Source: an uncultured beta proteobacterium (GTDB lineage: Bacteria; Pseudomonadota; Gammaproteobacteria; Burkholderiales; Burkholderiaceae_F). From it: DNA of 64,000 nt. Position numbers and translations under genes: made by a program. The number at the start of each line of letters is the position of its first letter. Positions within the stretch are counted from its first letter, which is position 1. The stretch lies in contig CAVXZK010000010.1 in assembly GCA_963766365.1 (NCBI GenBank), positions 5,783-69,782 of the forward strand, read 5' to 3'. The notes beneath the pieces were generated by a model. It made no database searches and was not told the DNA's origin. It saw only the letters and a program-made list of their open reading frames with translations. This document shows positions 18,748-27,579 of the stretch, piece by piece.

Positions 18748-20802
18748 CTACGAGCGCGGCGAGTACCAGATCGCCGACGTCCACGCGCGCTCCTGGTGCT
18801 TCATCGGAACGTCCTTGGACATCTTCACGCCGAAGCGCACCTGGTCGTAGGCGGTCCAGCGCGGCGTCGGAATCTCGACGACGCGTGCGTAGTAGTACGC
18901 GCGCTGCGAGGCCTTGAAGTCCGGGTCCTTCCACACGGCGCCGAGTTCGGACGCGCCGATCGTGTTGGTCCACGTGGCCCGCTCAACATCAACCGTATCG
19001 CCCACCGGCGGGACCTTGCCGTTCTTGCCGGGCTTGCGGTTGCCCGACCATGCGACGTCGTAGATCTTCTCGTAAGTCTTGCCCGCGGAATCGACCCAGC
19101 CCTTGACGATCTGGATGCGATCGAGGTTTCCGCCGACCGGGTCCTTGAGCGCCGCGACGAGGAACGTCGGCGTCTTGCCGGCCGGCGCAGCGTTGAGTTC
19201 TCCACCCATCGGCACACCCTTCGTGTAGCCCGCCTCGGCGAGATAGCGCGAACGCGCGTCGTCGGCGTTGAAGTCCCAGCCGCCAAACAGACGCACCGTC
19301 ATGCGCGTGCCAGACGTGGCGTACACCTCCTTGCGCTTCATCGCGTCCCACAGCGCTTCGCGCGTGTTCTCTGTCGCCCACACCGCGGCATAGCCTGCGG
19401 CGGTGTACTGCCAGTTGTAACGCGTCTTGCCGAGGCCCTTCTTGGACTCGTGTTCCCAACGCGTCGGGCTCGGCTCCTGATCGATGTGCTTGCCGTAGAA
19501 GTTGTCTTCCTCGATCGAGGTCAGCGAGTTGTGCACGTCGGTGCCGCCGATGATGCCGAACTTGAACGGGTTCACGCCCAGCTTCTTCTCGTGCATCAGT
19601 CCCTGCGCCAAACCGGGACGCAGGTAGTTGGTCGGCATCATCTCGCGCGACAGCGGCTGGCCTTCGAGCGTCAGGTTGCCGTACTCCCAGCCGGCGATGC
19701 CGAAGTTGGCGAACTCGTCGTTGGGCGACAGCAGCGGGTGAGTCTCGCTCGCACCCTTGGTCTGCATCATCTCCTGCAACACGTCGAAGCGCGCGCGCCG
19801 CTCGGCGTAATCCTTCGTCAGCGGCTTGCCGGCGAAGTCGACCGACTCGAACATGCGCCCGTTGGACAGGTTGGCGTTGTGCGCGATCGCGAGTAGCCTG
19901 CCGCCGGTCTTCTTTTCGTAAGTGTCCATCCACGCCCAGAGCTTTTCGGGGTCCTCGCTTTGCCAGGACGAGAACGGCAGGATCTGGTCGGACTTGTCCT
20001 TGCCGTCGCGGAACATGATGTTGCGATGCAGATTGTTGCCACCCGGGACCGAGGTCCACTCGTAACCGATCATCGCGGTGAAGCGGCCCGGTTCGTTGAA
20101 CTTGTCGGCGGTGGCGGTGTACTGCTGCCAGACCGACTTCATAATTGGGCCGACGACCTTCGGGTCCTTGATCGGCGGCGGCAGCGTGTTGTTCGCCTGC
20201 GCCGATATCAGTTCCCGCATCGTCGTGGCCGCTTCCTGCCCACCTGCCTTCATCGCCTTGCCCCAGCGCTCGAGCGTGGGGTCCGACGCGAACGCGGGGT
20301 TGCCCTCGTAGACCTGCAGCATCACGCCAAGGCCCTCGGCGTGATCGGTGACCACGAGGAAGTCGAGCGGGCGCGACAGCTTGGCAGGTACGCCGGTGGA
20401 CGAGATCACCTCCTCGCCGCGCGCGAACCGGTAGGCCTGCTCCGGGGTTAACCGGGCGCCCGCCATGAACGCGTCGCCGGAGTTGGCGGTGTGGTTGTGC
20501 GTGTCGCCGAAGTACACCCGCGTCGGGTACTTGCGGCCGGCGTAGGGCGAGTATTTCTTCTTGACCTCCATCTGCGCCGGGGTCTCGGGCTTGCGGGCGT
20601 GGTCCTCGCCGTCGTAGTGGTCAACCGCGGCCTTGACCACGACGTCGTCATTGGCGCCCACGCCCGGCGGGCTCTGGGCTGGCGCACGACTTGTCATTAC
20701 CAATGCCGCCACCATGACTGCGCTTGCCGACACGGCAAACACTGCGTATCGACTCCCTTTGGGTGCCATCGCCCTTCTCCCCTCGACGTTCAGGTCGTGC
20801 AA
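18748..20802 (-). CDS. secreted DUF3604-family protein (paralog B)
   Basis: 684 aa (start may be the Met at 20769). Motifs: FGDTHNHTANS, VTDHAEGL, YEWTS, AIAHNANLSNG, GGTDVHNS, ..ERAWTSAIWYSP. Confidence 0.85.
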   Translation of the reverse strand: MHDLNVEGRRAMAPKGSRYAVFAVSASAVMVAALVMTSRAPAQSPPGVGANDDVVVKAAVDHYDGEDHARKPETPAQMEVKKKYSPYAGRKYPTRVYFGDTHNHTANSGDAFMAGARLTPEQAYRFARGEEVISSTGVPAKLSRPLDFLVVTDHAEGLGVMLQVYEGNPAFASDPTLERWGKAMKAGGQEAATTMRELISAQANNTLPPPIKDPKVVGPIMKSVWQQYTATADKFNEPGRFTAMIGYEWTSVPGGNNLHRNIMFRDGKDKSDQILPFSSWQSEDPEKLWAWMDTYEKKTGGRLLAIAHNANLSNGRMFESVDFAGKPLTKDYAERRARFDVLQEMMQTKGASETHPLLSPNDEFANFGIAGWEYGNLTLEGQPLSREMMPTNYLRPGLAQGLMHEKKLGVNPFKFGIIGGTDVHNSLTSIEEDNFYGKHIDQEPSPTRWEHESKKGLGKTRYNWQYTAAGYAAVWATENTREALWDAMKRKEVYATSGTRMTVRLFGGWDFNADDARSRYLAEAGYTKGVPMGGELNAAPAGKTPTFLVAALKDPVGGNLDRIQIVKGWVDSAGKTYEKIYDVAWSGNRKPGKNGKVPPVGDTVDVERATWTNTIGASELGAVWKDPDFKASQRAYYYARVVEIPTPRWTAYDQVRFGVKMSKDVPMKHQERAWTSAIWYSPRS

Positions 20803-20811
20803 TCTTCGGAT

Positions 20812-21801
20812 TCAGAACTTGTAGACGGCCTTCAGCCAGATGTAGTCGCCGTCGAGGCGGTTCTTCGTGTCCATCTCGAACAGCCACTTGAACTCCACTA
20901 CGAACGACTCGGTCTTGCTCAACGGCTGGATGTAGCCGATCACGGGACCGAGCCCCGCGGTGCGCCCCTTGAAGCAGCCAAGCACCGCGCCCGAGCCGCT
21001 GTCGCAGCTCACCTGCTGGAAATAGAACCCTTCGGCACCGAGTGTCATAAGCCCCGTGCCCAACGGCAGGATCTGCTCGATCGCCCCGTCGAAATGCAGA
21101 ACACTGCCGCTCTTGTAGTCGGTGTCGGGATTCTCGGTGTTGATCGCGTAGCCGGTGTTCAGCAGCGCGTTGAAGCCGCTCTTCGTGTTGCTGTAGGTCA
21201 CGCCGAACACCGGATCGAACGTCCAGTAGTTCAGGCCCGGATTGCCGAGCCGGCCCTCCTGATAGCTGCCGGTCGGCGCGTAGATCGGCAGCACGAAGTT
21301 GTATTGCCAGTGGCTATCGGGTTCCTTCCACGCCAGCATGGTCGGAATGAACGTCAGGTCGCCGAAGCCCGAAACGCTGCTGTCGACCCGTCTCGTCACT
21401 CCGCTGCGCGACTGCACGCTGGCCGAGACGTCCAGAAAGGAGTACGGCAATGCGGCGACCATCGAATAGGTCGCGCCGAAAACCTTCCCCTCAAACGCAT
21501 AGATGCCCGCCAGAACGAAGGTGTTTGCCGTGGCCTCCAGGTTGCTGGCCAGCCCTGCCGCGGTCGGGATCTCTTTCGTCGCGCTGCCGCTGTAGTTGAG
21601 GTACATCGGCTTGATGATCATGCCCGGTGCGGTCGGCGCGTTGTCGATGAGCGTGGACATCGAGCCAGGGATCACGTGGGTCGTTCCGCCTTCGCCGGCC
21701 GTGGCCGTCTGCGAAAGCGCGAGGGTGAGCGACACCATCGCACCCGCCGCCGTGCGACGCCAGAGCTGCGTCGATCGAATCCTTTTGGACGACCTTCTCA
21801 T
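20812..21801 (-). CDS. outer-membrane beta-barrel channel (MetA-pathway/'transporter' family-like)
   Basis: Start at MRRSSKRIRSTQLWRRTAAGAMVSLTLALSQTATA (signal peptide). Has an alternating beta-strand pattern and a C-terminal ..YIWLKAVYKF aromatic terminus typical of OMPs. Confidence 0.72.
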   Translation of the reverse strand: MRRSSKRIRSTQLWRRTAAGAMVSLTLALSQTATAGEGGTTHVIPGSMSTLIDNAPTAPGMIIKPMYLNYSGSATKEIPTAAGLASNLEATANTFVLAGIYAFEGKVFGATYSMVAALPYSFLDVSASVQSRSGVTRRVDSSVSGFGDLTFIPTMLAWKEPDSHWQYNFVLPIYAPTGSYQEGRLGNPGLNYWTFDPVFGVTYSNTKSGFNALLNTGYAINTENPDTDYKSGSVLHFDGAIEQILPLGTGLMTLGAEGFYFQQVSCDSGSGAVLGCFKGRTAGLGPVIGYIQPLSKTESFVVEFKWLFEMDTKNRLDGDYIWLKAVYKF

Positions 21802-21865
21802 TCTGCGACTCCTTTTTTTGCTTTCCTGGATGAACGTCCCGCATGGGTCATGCGCGCTCTGCAGC

Positions 21866-23768
21866 TCAGGGCGTGTACCAGATCGGCGAAGTCCACGCGC
21901 GCTCCTGAATCGTTGCCGGCACGTCCTTGAGAAGCGGCAGGTTGTTGCGTACGGCGTCATACGTCGTCCAGCGAGGGGTTGGAATTTCCAGCACGCGGAC
22001 GTAGTAGAGCGCCGGTCGCTTCGGATCGAACGCCGGATCGGTCCAGCGGCCCATCAGTTCGGGGGCACCGATGCTGTTCGTGTACGCGGCCGTCTTCGTA
22101 TCGACGGTGTTGCCGACCGGCGGCAGCTTGCCGTCCTTGCCCGCTTTGCGTTCGCCGCTCCAGGCGACGTTGAATACCTTGTCTTGCGGCTCGCCTTTCG
22201 CGTCGACCCAGCCCTTGACGATCTGGATGCGGTCGAGGTTCGCGCCGTTCGGGTCCTTCGCCGCCCAGACCGTGAACGCCGGCGCCTTCGACAGTGACTT
22301 GAGGGTTCCGCCCATCGGCACGCCGGACTTGTAGCCCTGCTCGACCAGTGCCTTGCCGTCGGCCGGTGCAGCCAGATCGGCACCTCCGAAGAGCCGCGCC
22401 TTGATGCGCGTGCCCGAGGTCACGAACGACTCGCGCGCCGCCATCGCGTCCCAGATTGCAGCGCGCGTATTTCTCGTCGCCCACACGGCCGCGAGCGTCC
22501 CGGGACTCGACTCCTTCGCCTTGATCCAGCCATCGATCTCGCCCTCGCGCCGGACCTGCACCGTGTCGTCGGCGGGGCCGTGACTGCCGATGTAGTCGTT
22601 CTCGGCGACGTCCGAAGGCAGGCCGTTATGGTTGTCTGTGCCGCCCGTGAAACCGAGCTGGTACGGATTGGCGCCGAGCTTCGCCTGATAGTCGAGTCCC
22701 TTGATGACCGCCCAGCGTACGAAGTTCTGCTTCTGGAAAGTGCGGCCGCTGAAAGTCGCCACGCTGTCCGCGTTCTCGAAGTTCGCGAACTCGTCGGCTG
22801 GCCAGAACTTGCGGTGCACCTCCGAGTTGCCCTTGATCTGCATCATCTCGATCAGGCGCTCGAAGTGACTTCTGCAGCCGCGCGTAATCGGCGGTCAGCG
22901 GCTTGCCGGCACGGTCGGCCGCGTTGAACATGTAGCCCTTGCTGCCGTTCGAGTTGTGCGGGATCGCGAGCAGCCTGCGGCCCTGCTTCTCCTGCTCCGC
23001 CATCCACGACCAGAGCTTCTCCTCATCGTCGGTGTCGAGGGCCGAGAGCGGCACTTCGGGTACGTTGAGGTCGCGGAAGAGGACGTTGCGGTGCATGTTC
23101 CCGGCGTCACGCGAGGCGGTCCATTCGAAGCCTGCCAGCGTCGTGAATCGGCCGGGCTGGTAGTGGTCGCGGGCCGCCTTGATGATCACGTCGTTCCAGG
23201 CCGACTTCGTCGTCTCCGGCCCCGCGTAGAACGGCGGATGGCCCGGGTTGTCGCCGCGCATGTTGCTGATGACGTACTTCACGAACCACGCGCGCTGCTC
23301 TTCGACGTCCTTCAGGCCGCGCAGTTCAGCCAGCATCGGGTTGTCGTAGCCCTTCGCGCCCCTGACCTGCGCGGAATACATCTCGCCGATGAACTCGGCG
23401 TGATCCGAGACCGCAACGAAGTCGAGCGGTCGGCCGATGTTGTGCTTGATCCCGTGGACCGTGACTTCCTGCCCCTTGGCGAAGCGGTAGGCCTCGTCCG
23501 GCGTGATGCGCGCGCCGCCGATGAAGGCGTCCATCGAGAACGAGGTGTGCACGTGTGTCTCGCCGAAGAACGCCTCCTTGAGCGGACTCTGCGGCACGGC
23601 GGCCTCAAGCGCCTCGACGGTCGGGGGTTTCGGGGCCGCCGTCGCGGCCGCTTCGGCCTTGGCGGCGGGCGCTTGCGGCGTCTCGGCCTGTTGACCACAG
23701 CCGCTCAATATGAGCAGCGCGCAGGCGATCACACCGGTTGCACTCAACTTGGCACTCATCGTCTTCAT
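21866..23768 (-). pseudogene. DUF3604-family lipoprotein (paralog C) split by one +1 frameshift near 22872-22877
   Basis: Track ORFs 22626-23768 and 21866-22846 are the N- and C-halves of one DUF3604 protein. The lipobox is ..ILSGCGQQ. Motifs: FGETHVHTSFS, VSDHAEFI, FEWTA, AIPHNSNGSKG, GGTDNHNG, ..ERAWTSPIWYTP. Homology switches frame between ..PLTADYARL and SHFERLIEMMQIKG. Confidence 0.78.
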
Positions 23769-23942
23769 CTCCCCTTGTCCTTGCGGCTACTTCGGCAGTG
23801 GCAGAGTTGCACCGGACCAACTCCGAGCACTCTTGCCTTTCTGCTCGTCGTAATTTTGGACGACTCCCTCTTTCACGGATTGGATTTCCGGAAACTTCCG
23901 GGTTTCGTTCGGCGCAACGCGTGCGGTCGATGCCTCGCGCCG

Positions 23943-24032
23943 TTACGCCTCATTCTTGGCGGGACGAGGCTGAATCAGTGCGATCAGGCACAGGGCGCCC
24001 GCCGCCACGGCGATCTGCACGAACAGTTTCAT
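23943..24032 (-). CDS. possible 29-aa hydrophobic micropeptide
   Basis: AAGGAG 7 nt upstream of the ATG. Translation is MKLFVQIAVAAGALCLIALIQPRPAKNEA (one TM helix). Below the ORF-track size cut-off. Confidence 0.3.
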   Translation of the reverse strand: MKLFVQIAVAAGALCLIALIQPRPAKNEA

Positions 24033-24158
24033 CGACGGTCTCCTTGGCCCGGTGCCAGGTCGAATGGGTTCCGGGACAAGAATTTGACTGAATCGAGAGC
24101 CGTCCTTCATGCCGCTCCATGTTGCGGCACCAGCAGCCGCACCGCGATCAGACCTGGA

Positions 24159-24395
24159 TCAGTTCCACTTTTCTTCCCGGCATTCGCTGCGCCGCTTGTC
24201 GTTGTCCAGCTTGCTGCAGCCGACTTTCTTGCCGTCATTGTTTCCGTACTTACGTTGACGGCATTCATTGCGCGCCTTGTCATTGTCGAGCTTGCCGCAG
24301 TTCACACCCTCGTACTTGTTCTTGTCGTCGTTCGCCACGGCCATCGAGCTGGCCAGACACAGAAGCACAATCGGCAGCAATTTCATCAAACGCAT
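24159..24395 (-). CDS. small secreted Cys-containing protein with tandem internal repeat
   Basis: Start at MRLMKLLPIVLLCLASSMAVA (signal peptide). The mature part has two copies of C-x-KLDNDK-x-R-x-EC-R-x-x-K. It lies in a locally lower-GC patch. Confidence 0.55.
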   Translation of the reverse strand: MRLMKLLPIVLLCLASSMAVANDDKNKYEGVNCGKLDNDKARNECRQRKYGNNDGKKVGCSKLDNDKRRSECREEKWN

Positions 24396-24689
24396 GATTT
24401 GGAACTCCTTGTGGTGGGGTATTTCAAGCAAGAGCAACTACCTGTTCGACTTGACCTAGTTGCCCGACGAAAACTTCTCGGCTCGCGTGCGCTTACGGCG
24501 CGCGGCCTGGCTGGAATCACTTGGTAGATTTGTCGACCTTGTTCTTGGCCTTCTCGGTCGGCGTGTCGTCCTTCCGTTTCTCGACCGGTCCCTTGTCAGC
24601 GACCCCGGCAGTGCGCTTGGCGGTGTCCGATGCCGCCTCCTTCGGGTCACAGCGCCCACCGACACCGACGGTAGCTTTGGTGGCCGCAG

Positions 24690-24919
24690 TCATTGCCGGA
24701 CTGGTGCCGGCAGCATGCGCCTCCGAGTCCTTCGGTTTCCATCTGTTGGTCGGGCGCGCGTCCGCCGCCCTGGGACCGCTGGCGTTTGGCGCGGTAAGTC
24801 TGTTGACCGGAAGTCAACGTGCGGCAATGGCGTCGCTCGCCAACTTCTTCATCGGTTGCGGAGTCGCGCTGGCAGTCGTGCGGCTGCACGGCAATCGGTC
24901 TGACAAACCGGCCACGTGA
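24690..24919 (+). pseudogene. C-terminal remnant of an MFS transporter
   Basis: Only the last ~75 codons look MFS-like (..FGFHLLVGRASAALGPLAFGAVSLLTGSQRAAMASLANFFIGCGVALAVVRL..). No matching upstream TM region or start exists. Confidence 0.35.
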
Positions 24920-25070
24920 TAGCCATGGGGCGTGACAAGGGCTTCACGGCGCCGATCCTGAAACCGACAGACTGTCAACGTGACCGAATCCTGCATGAAG
25001 ACCCGCTGTGGCCTATTTACGCACACCGTCCGTTGCAGTCCGCCCAACTCCTTGAGCGCGACGCCTCCGA

Positions 25071-26789
25071 TCATGTCCCCCGCTTGTAGACCGTCTTGCC
25101 TTCCTTGATGGTCTCGACAACCTTGATGTCCTTGATCGCCATCGGCTTCACCTTCAGCGGGTTCTTGTCGAGGATCACCAGGTCAGCCAGCTTGCCGGCT
25201 TCGAGCGAACCCTTGATGTCGCCCTCGCGGTGCTGGTCCGCCGCCCAGATCGTCATCGCTTTCAGGCCTTCGATCGGCGTGACGCGCTGATCGGCGCCGA
25301 TCACCGTACCGGCGCGTGAGACGCGGTTGACGGCTGACCACAGCATGAACATCTGGTCGAGCGGCGCGACGACGAAGTCGGTGTGGTTGGTCGGCTTCAG
25401 CCCCTTGTCGATCGCGTCGCGCATCGGACTGATGTACATCGCCTGCTGCTTGCCGCGGTTGGCGATGTGCGCCTCGGCGAAGTAATAGGTGTGCAGCGTG
25501 TAGAACGACGGCCGGATCTTGTAGGCAACGTACTTGTCGATCTGGTCCTTGCGCGTGAACTGCGCGTGGATCATCGTGACGTTGCGTTCCTTGCCGAGGT
25601 CGGCCGCTGCTGCGGACTCGTGTGCCTTGATGAAGGCATCAATAGCGCCATCGCCGTTGGCGTGCAGGTTCAGCGGTACGTTGAGGTCATACACGGCCTT
25701 CACCGCCTTGTTGACGACTTCTTGCGGCGCCGTCAGCTCGCCGCTCCAGTCCTTTTCGCCCCCCGGACCTCCCGTGAGGTAAGGCTTGGTGAAGAACGCG
25801 GTCCTGCCCTGCGGCGAGCCGTCGATGGTGATCTTCACGCCGCCAATCTTCAGCCGGTTGTCGTATTTCTGCCAGCCGGAGACGGGGTTGTTTTTCAGCA
25901 CCGCCTTGAGTTCGGTGATGAACGGATAGGCAATCACGTCGATGACGTAGCCGCCGGACTTCGCGGCACGCTGCATCAGGGCAAGCTCCGCGGCGTGCGT
26001 CGCACCTTCGTGCGCAGTGGTGACGCCGGCCGCCGCGTACAGCTTCTGGCCCGCGATGGACCACTCGACCTCCTGTGCCGAAGTCGGCTTCGGCAGTGAA
26101 GCGAAGATCGGCAGGTACGCGGTTTCCATAATCAGCCCGAACGGCTCGTTCGTTCCGGGTTTGCGCACGATGACGCCGCCCGGCGGTGTCTTGGTCTCGG
26201 CGCTCAGGTTCCACTTCTTCATCGCCGCCGAGTTGAGCACCGCGCCGTGCATCGACACGTGCCCCGCCAGGATAGGGTTGTCGGGAAACGCCTTGTCGAG
26301 ATCGTCGCGGTTGAGCAGCCGCCCGTCCGGCATGACGTTCTCGTCGTAGCCGTAGCACTGGATCACTTCGCCCTTGGGAGTCTTCTTGTCGGCGGCGAAC
26401 TTCCTGATCGCGGCGATGATGCTGGGTACGTCCTTCGCCGGGCCCGCGGGCGGCGCGTAGAGGTTGCACTGGTTGGCCACCGTCAGCGAACTGAAGTAGT
26501 GGCTGTGCGCATCGATGAAACCCGGCAGCAGCGTCTTGCCGGCGAGGTTCACCATCTTCGTCTTCGCGCCCTTGTGACCCGCTTCCACTGTCTTGCGGTC
26601 GCCGACGGCGAGGATCCTGCCGCCCTTCACGGCCAGCGCCTGTGCCGACGGTGCGTTGTCGTTCATCGTCACGATGTCGCCGCCGACATAGATCGCGTCC
26701 GCGGCGGTGGATGGCTGCCCAACGGCGGGCGCGGCAATCAATGCGGCGCCGAGAAGCGCTGCGAGACGGCTCAGATTCCGTTTGTTCAT
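25071..26789 (-). CDS. secreted amidohydrolase-family metallohydrolase (Amidohydro_3 / YtcJ-like)
   Basis: 572 aa with a signal peptide. ..LLPGFIDAHSHYF.. is the HxH metal motif, on a TIM-barrel amidohydrolase layout. Confidence 0.88.
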   Translation of the reverse strand: MNKRNLSRLAALLGAALIAAPAVGQPSTAADAIYVGGDIVTMNDNAPSAQALAVKGGRILAVGDRKTVEAGHKGAKTKMVNLAGKTLLPGFIDAHSHYFSSLTVANQCNLYAPPAGPAKDVPSIIAAIRKFAADKKTPKGEVIQCYGYDENVMPDGRLLNRDDLDKAFPDNPILAGHVSMHGAVLNSAAMKKWNLSAETKTPPGGVIVRKPGTNEPFGLIMETAYLPIFASLPKPTSAQEVEWSIAGQKLYAAAGVTTAHEGATHAAELALMQRAAKSGGYVIDVIAYPFITELKAVLKNNPVSGWQKYDNRLKIGGVKITIDGSPQGRTAFFTKPYLTGGPGGEKDWSGELTAPQEVVNKAVKAVYDLNVPLNLHANGDGAIDAFIKAHESAAAADLGKERNVTMIHAQFTRKDQIDKYVAYKIRPSFYTLHTYYFAEAHIANRGKQQAMYISPMRDAIDKGLKPTNHTDFVVAPLDQMFMLWSAVNRVSRAGTVIGADQRVTPIEGLKAMTIWAADQHREGDIKGSLEAGKLADLVILDKNPLKVKPMAIKDIKVVETIKEGKTVYKRGT

Positions 26790-26887
26790 TCCTGGGTTCC
26801 TCTTTTAGGGCCTCAACTTATTCCAAGTTTCGTCGGCCAGGGCCGCTAGAAGTACGCTGCGCTCGGCCTCCACACTGCAACTCGGCT

Positions 26888-27559
26888 TTACTTCGGAAAA
26901 AGCAGCGTCACCACGAGGCGGAATCCCCAGCCATGCGGACCACCCTCCGGGCCGTCGGCCCAGTAACGCACCCCGCCACCCACGCTCACCAGCTGGTCGC
27001 CGACCTTGGGCACCTTGGACACGATCGCGTTGATCGGCACGGCCCACTGTTCGCGCTCCCAGTCGTAGGTGCTTTCCGTGTTGAGCGTGAACGACCACGC
27101 GGTCGGCGTCGTGTAGCTGACGAAAGGCTGCACGAAGGTCGCGCTCACGTCCTGCCTGCCGCTCCCGGCGGACGACTAGATGTGGTTCGCGAGCAGCCCA
27201 TAGGTCCACGGACCATCCTGCTTGAGCGCCACCCCGGCCGGCCCCGCGCCCCACTTCTTGACCGACAGAAGACCGTCCGACCTGTTCGGCAGCAGGAACA
27301 CCGGCCCCGCAGCCCAGATCCACCCGCCGGCCGTCGGCGCCTTCGGCGAGAAGAAAACGCTCTGCACGATGTCGCCGATGCACGACTGGCTGCCCGCGCC
27401 CGGATAGATCTCGTCCTGCCAGCCAAGAGCCAGAATCGTGCGCGAAATCAGGCTCCACTCTGGGCTGAGATCGACCGGCAGCACCGGCTGGATGTTGAGC
27501 TGCCGGCCGCGTACGCTGACGCGGGCGACACCCGGGTCGCGAGTTCGGCCTGACGTCAA
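26888..27559 (-). pseudogene. outer-membrane protein remnant: 5'-truncated, with an in-frame TAG
   Basis: Track ORFs 27176-27559 and 26888-27148 are one frame joined by ..GLLANHI-TAG-SSAGSGRQDVSATFVQPF... Related OMPs have Trp (TGG) at this position. There is no signal peptide and no room for one before the TPP-enzyme gene. The C-terminus ..VVTLLFPK is OMP-like. Confidence 0.6.
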
Positions 27560-27579
27560 CCGGCCGCGACGACCGCGGC

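Noticed and set aside
23798-23810. Sigma-54-like TGGCAG-agt-TGCA
   Set aside because: The GG-to-GC spacing is 9 nt instead of 12. The motif is also on the plus strand, pointing away from the minus-strand operon.
23766-23880. Possible cobalamin riboswitch in the leader of the DUF3604 operon (minus strand has TGAAAGAGGGAGTC and GGTGCAACTCTGCCACTG, i.e. a B12-box-like GCCACTG)
   Set aside because: The two conserved blocks are about 50 nt apart instead of adjacent. The GGTG..AA.TCC...C.G.CCC core between GGTG and GCCACTG is missing. A covariance-model scan (Rfam RF00174) would settle it.
17520-24527. Series of long plus-strand ORFs (17520-18707, 18553-19896, 20491-21930, 22956-24527)
   Set aside because: All are antisense to the DUF3604 and OMP genes, with low-complexity Arg/Ala/His-rich translations. 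The same reasoning applies to 38271-39785, 47096-48529, 48490-49611, 49392-50657 and 50305-51741 on the minus strand.
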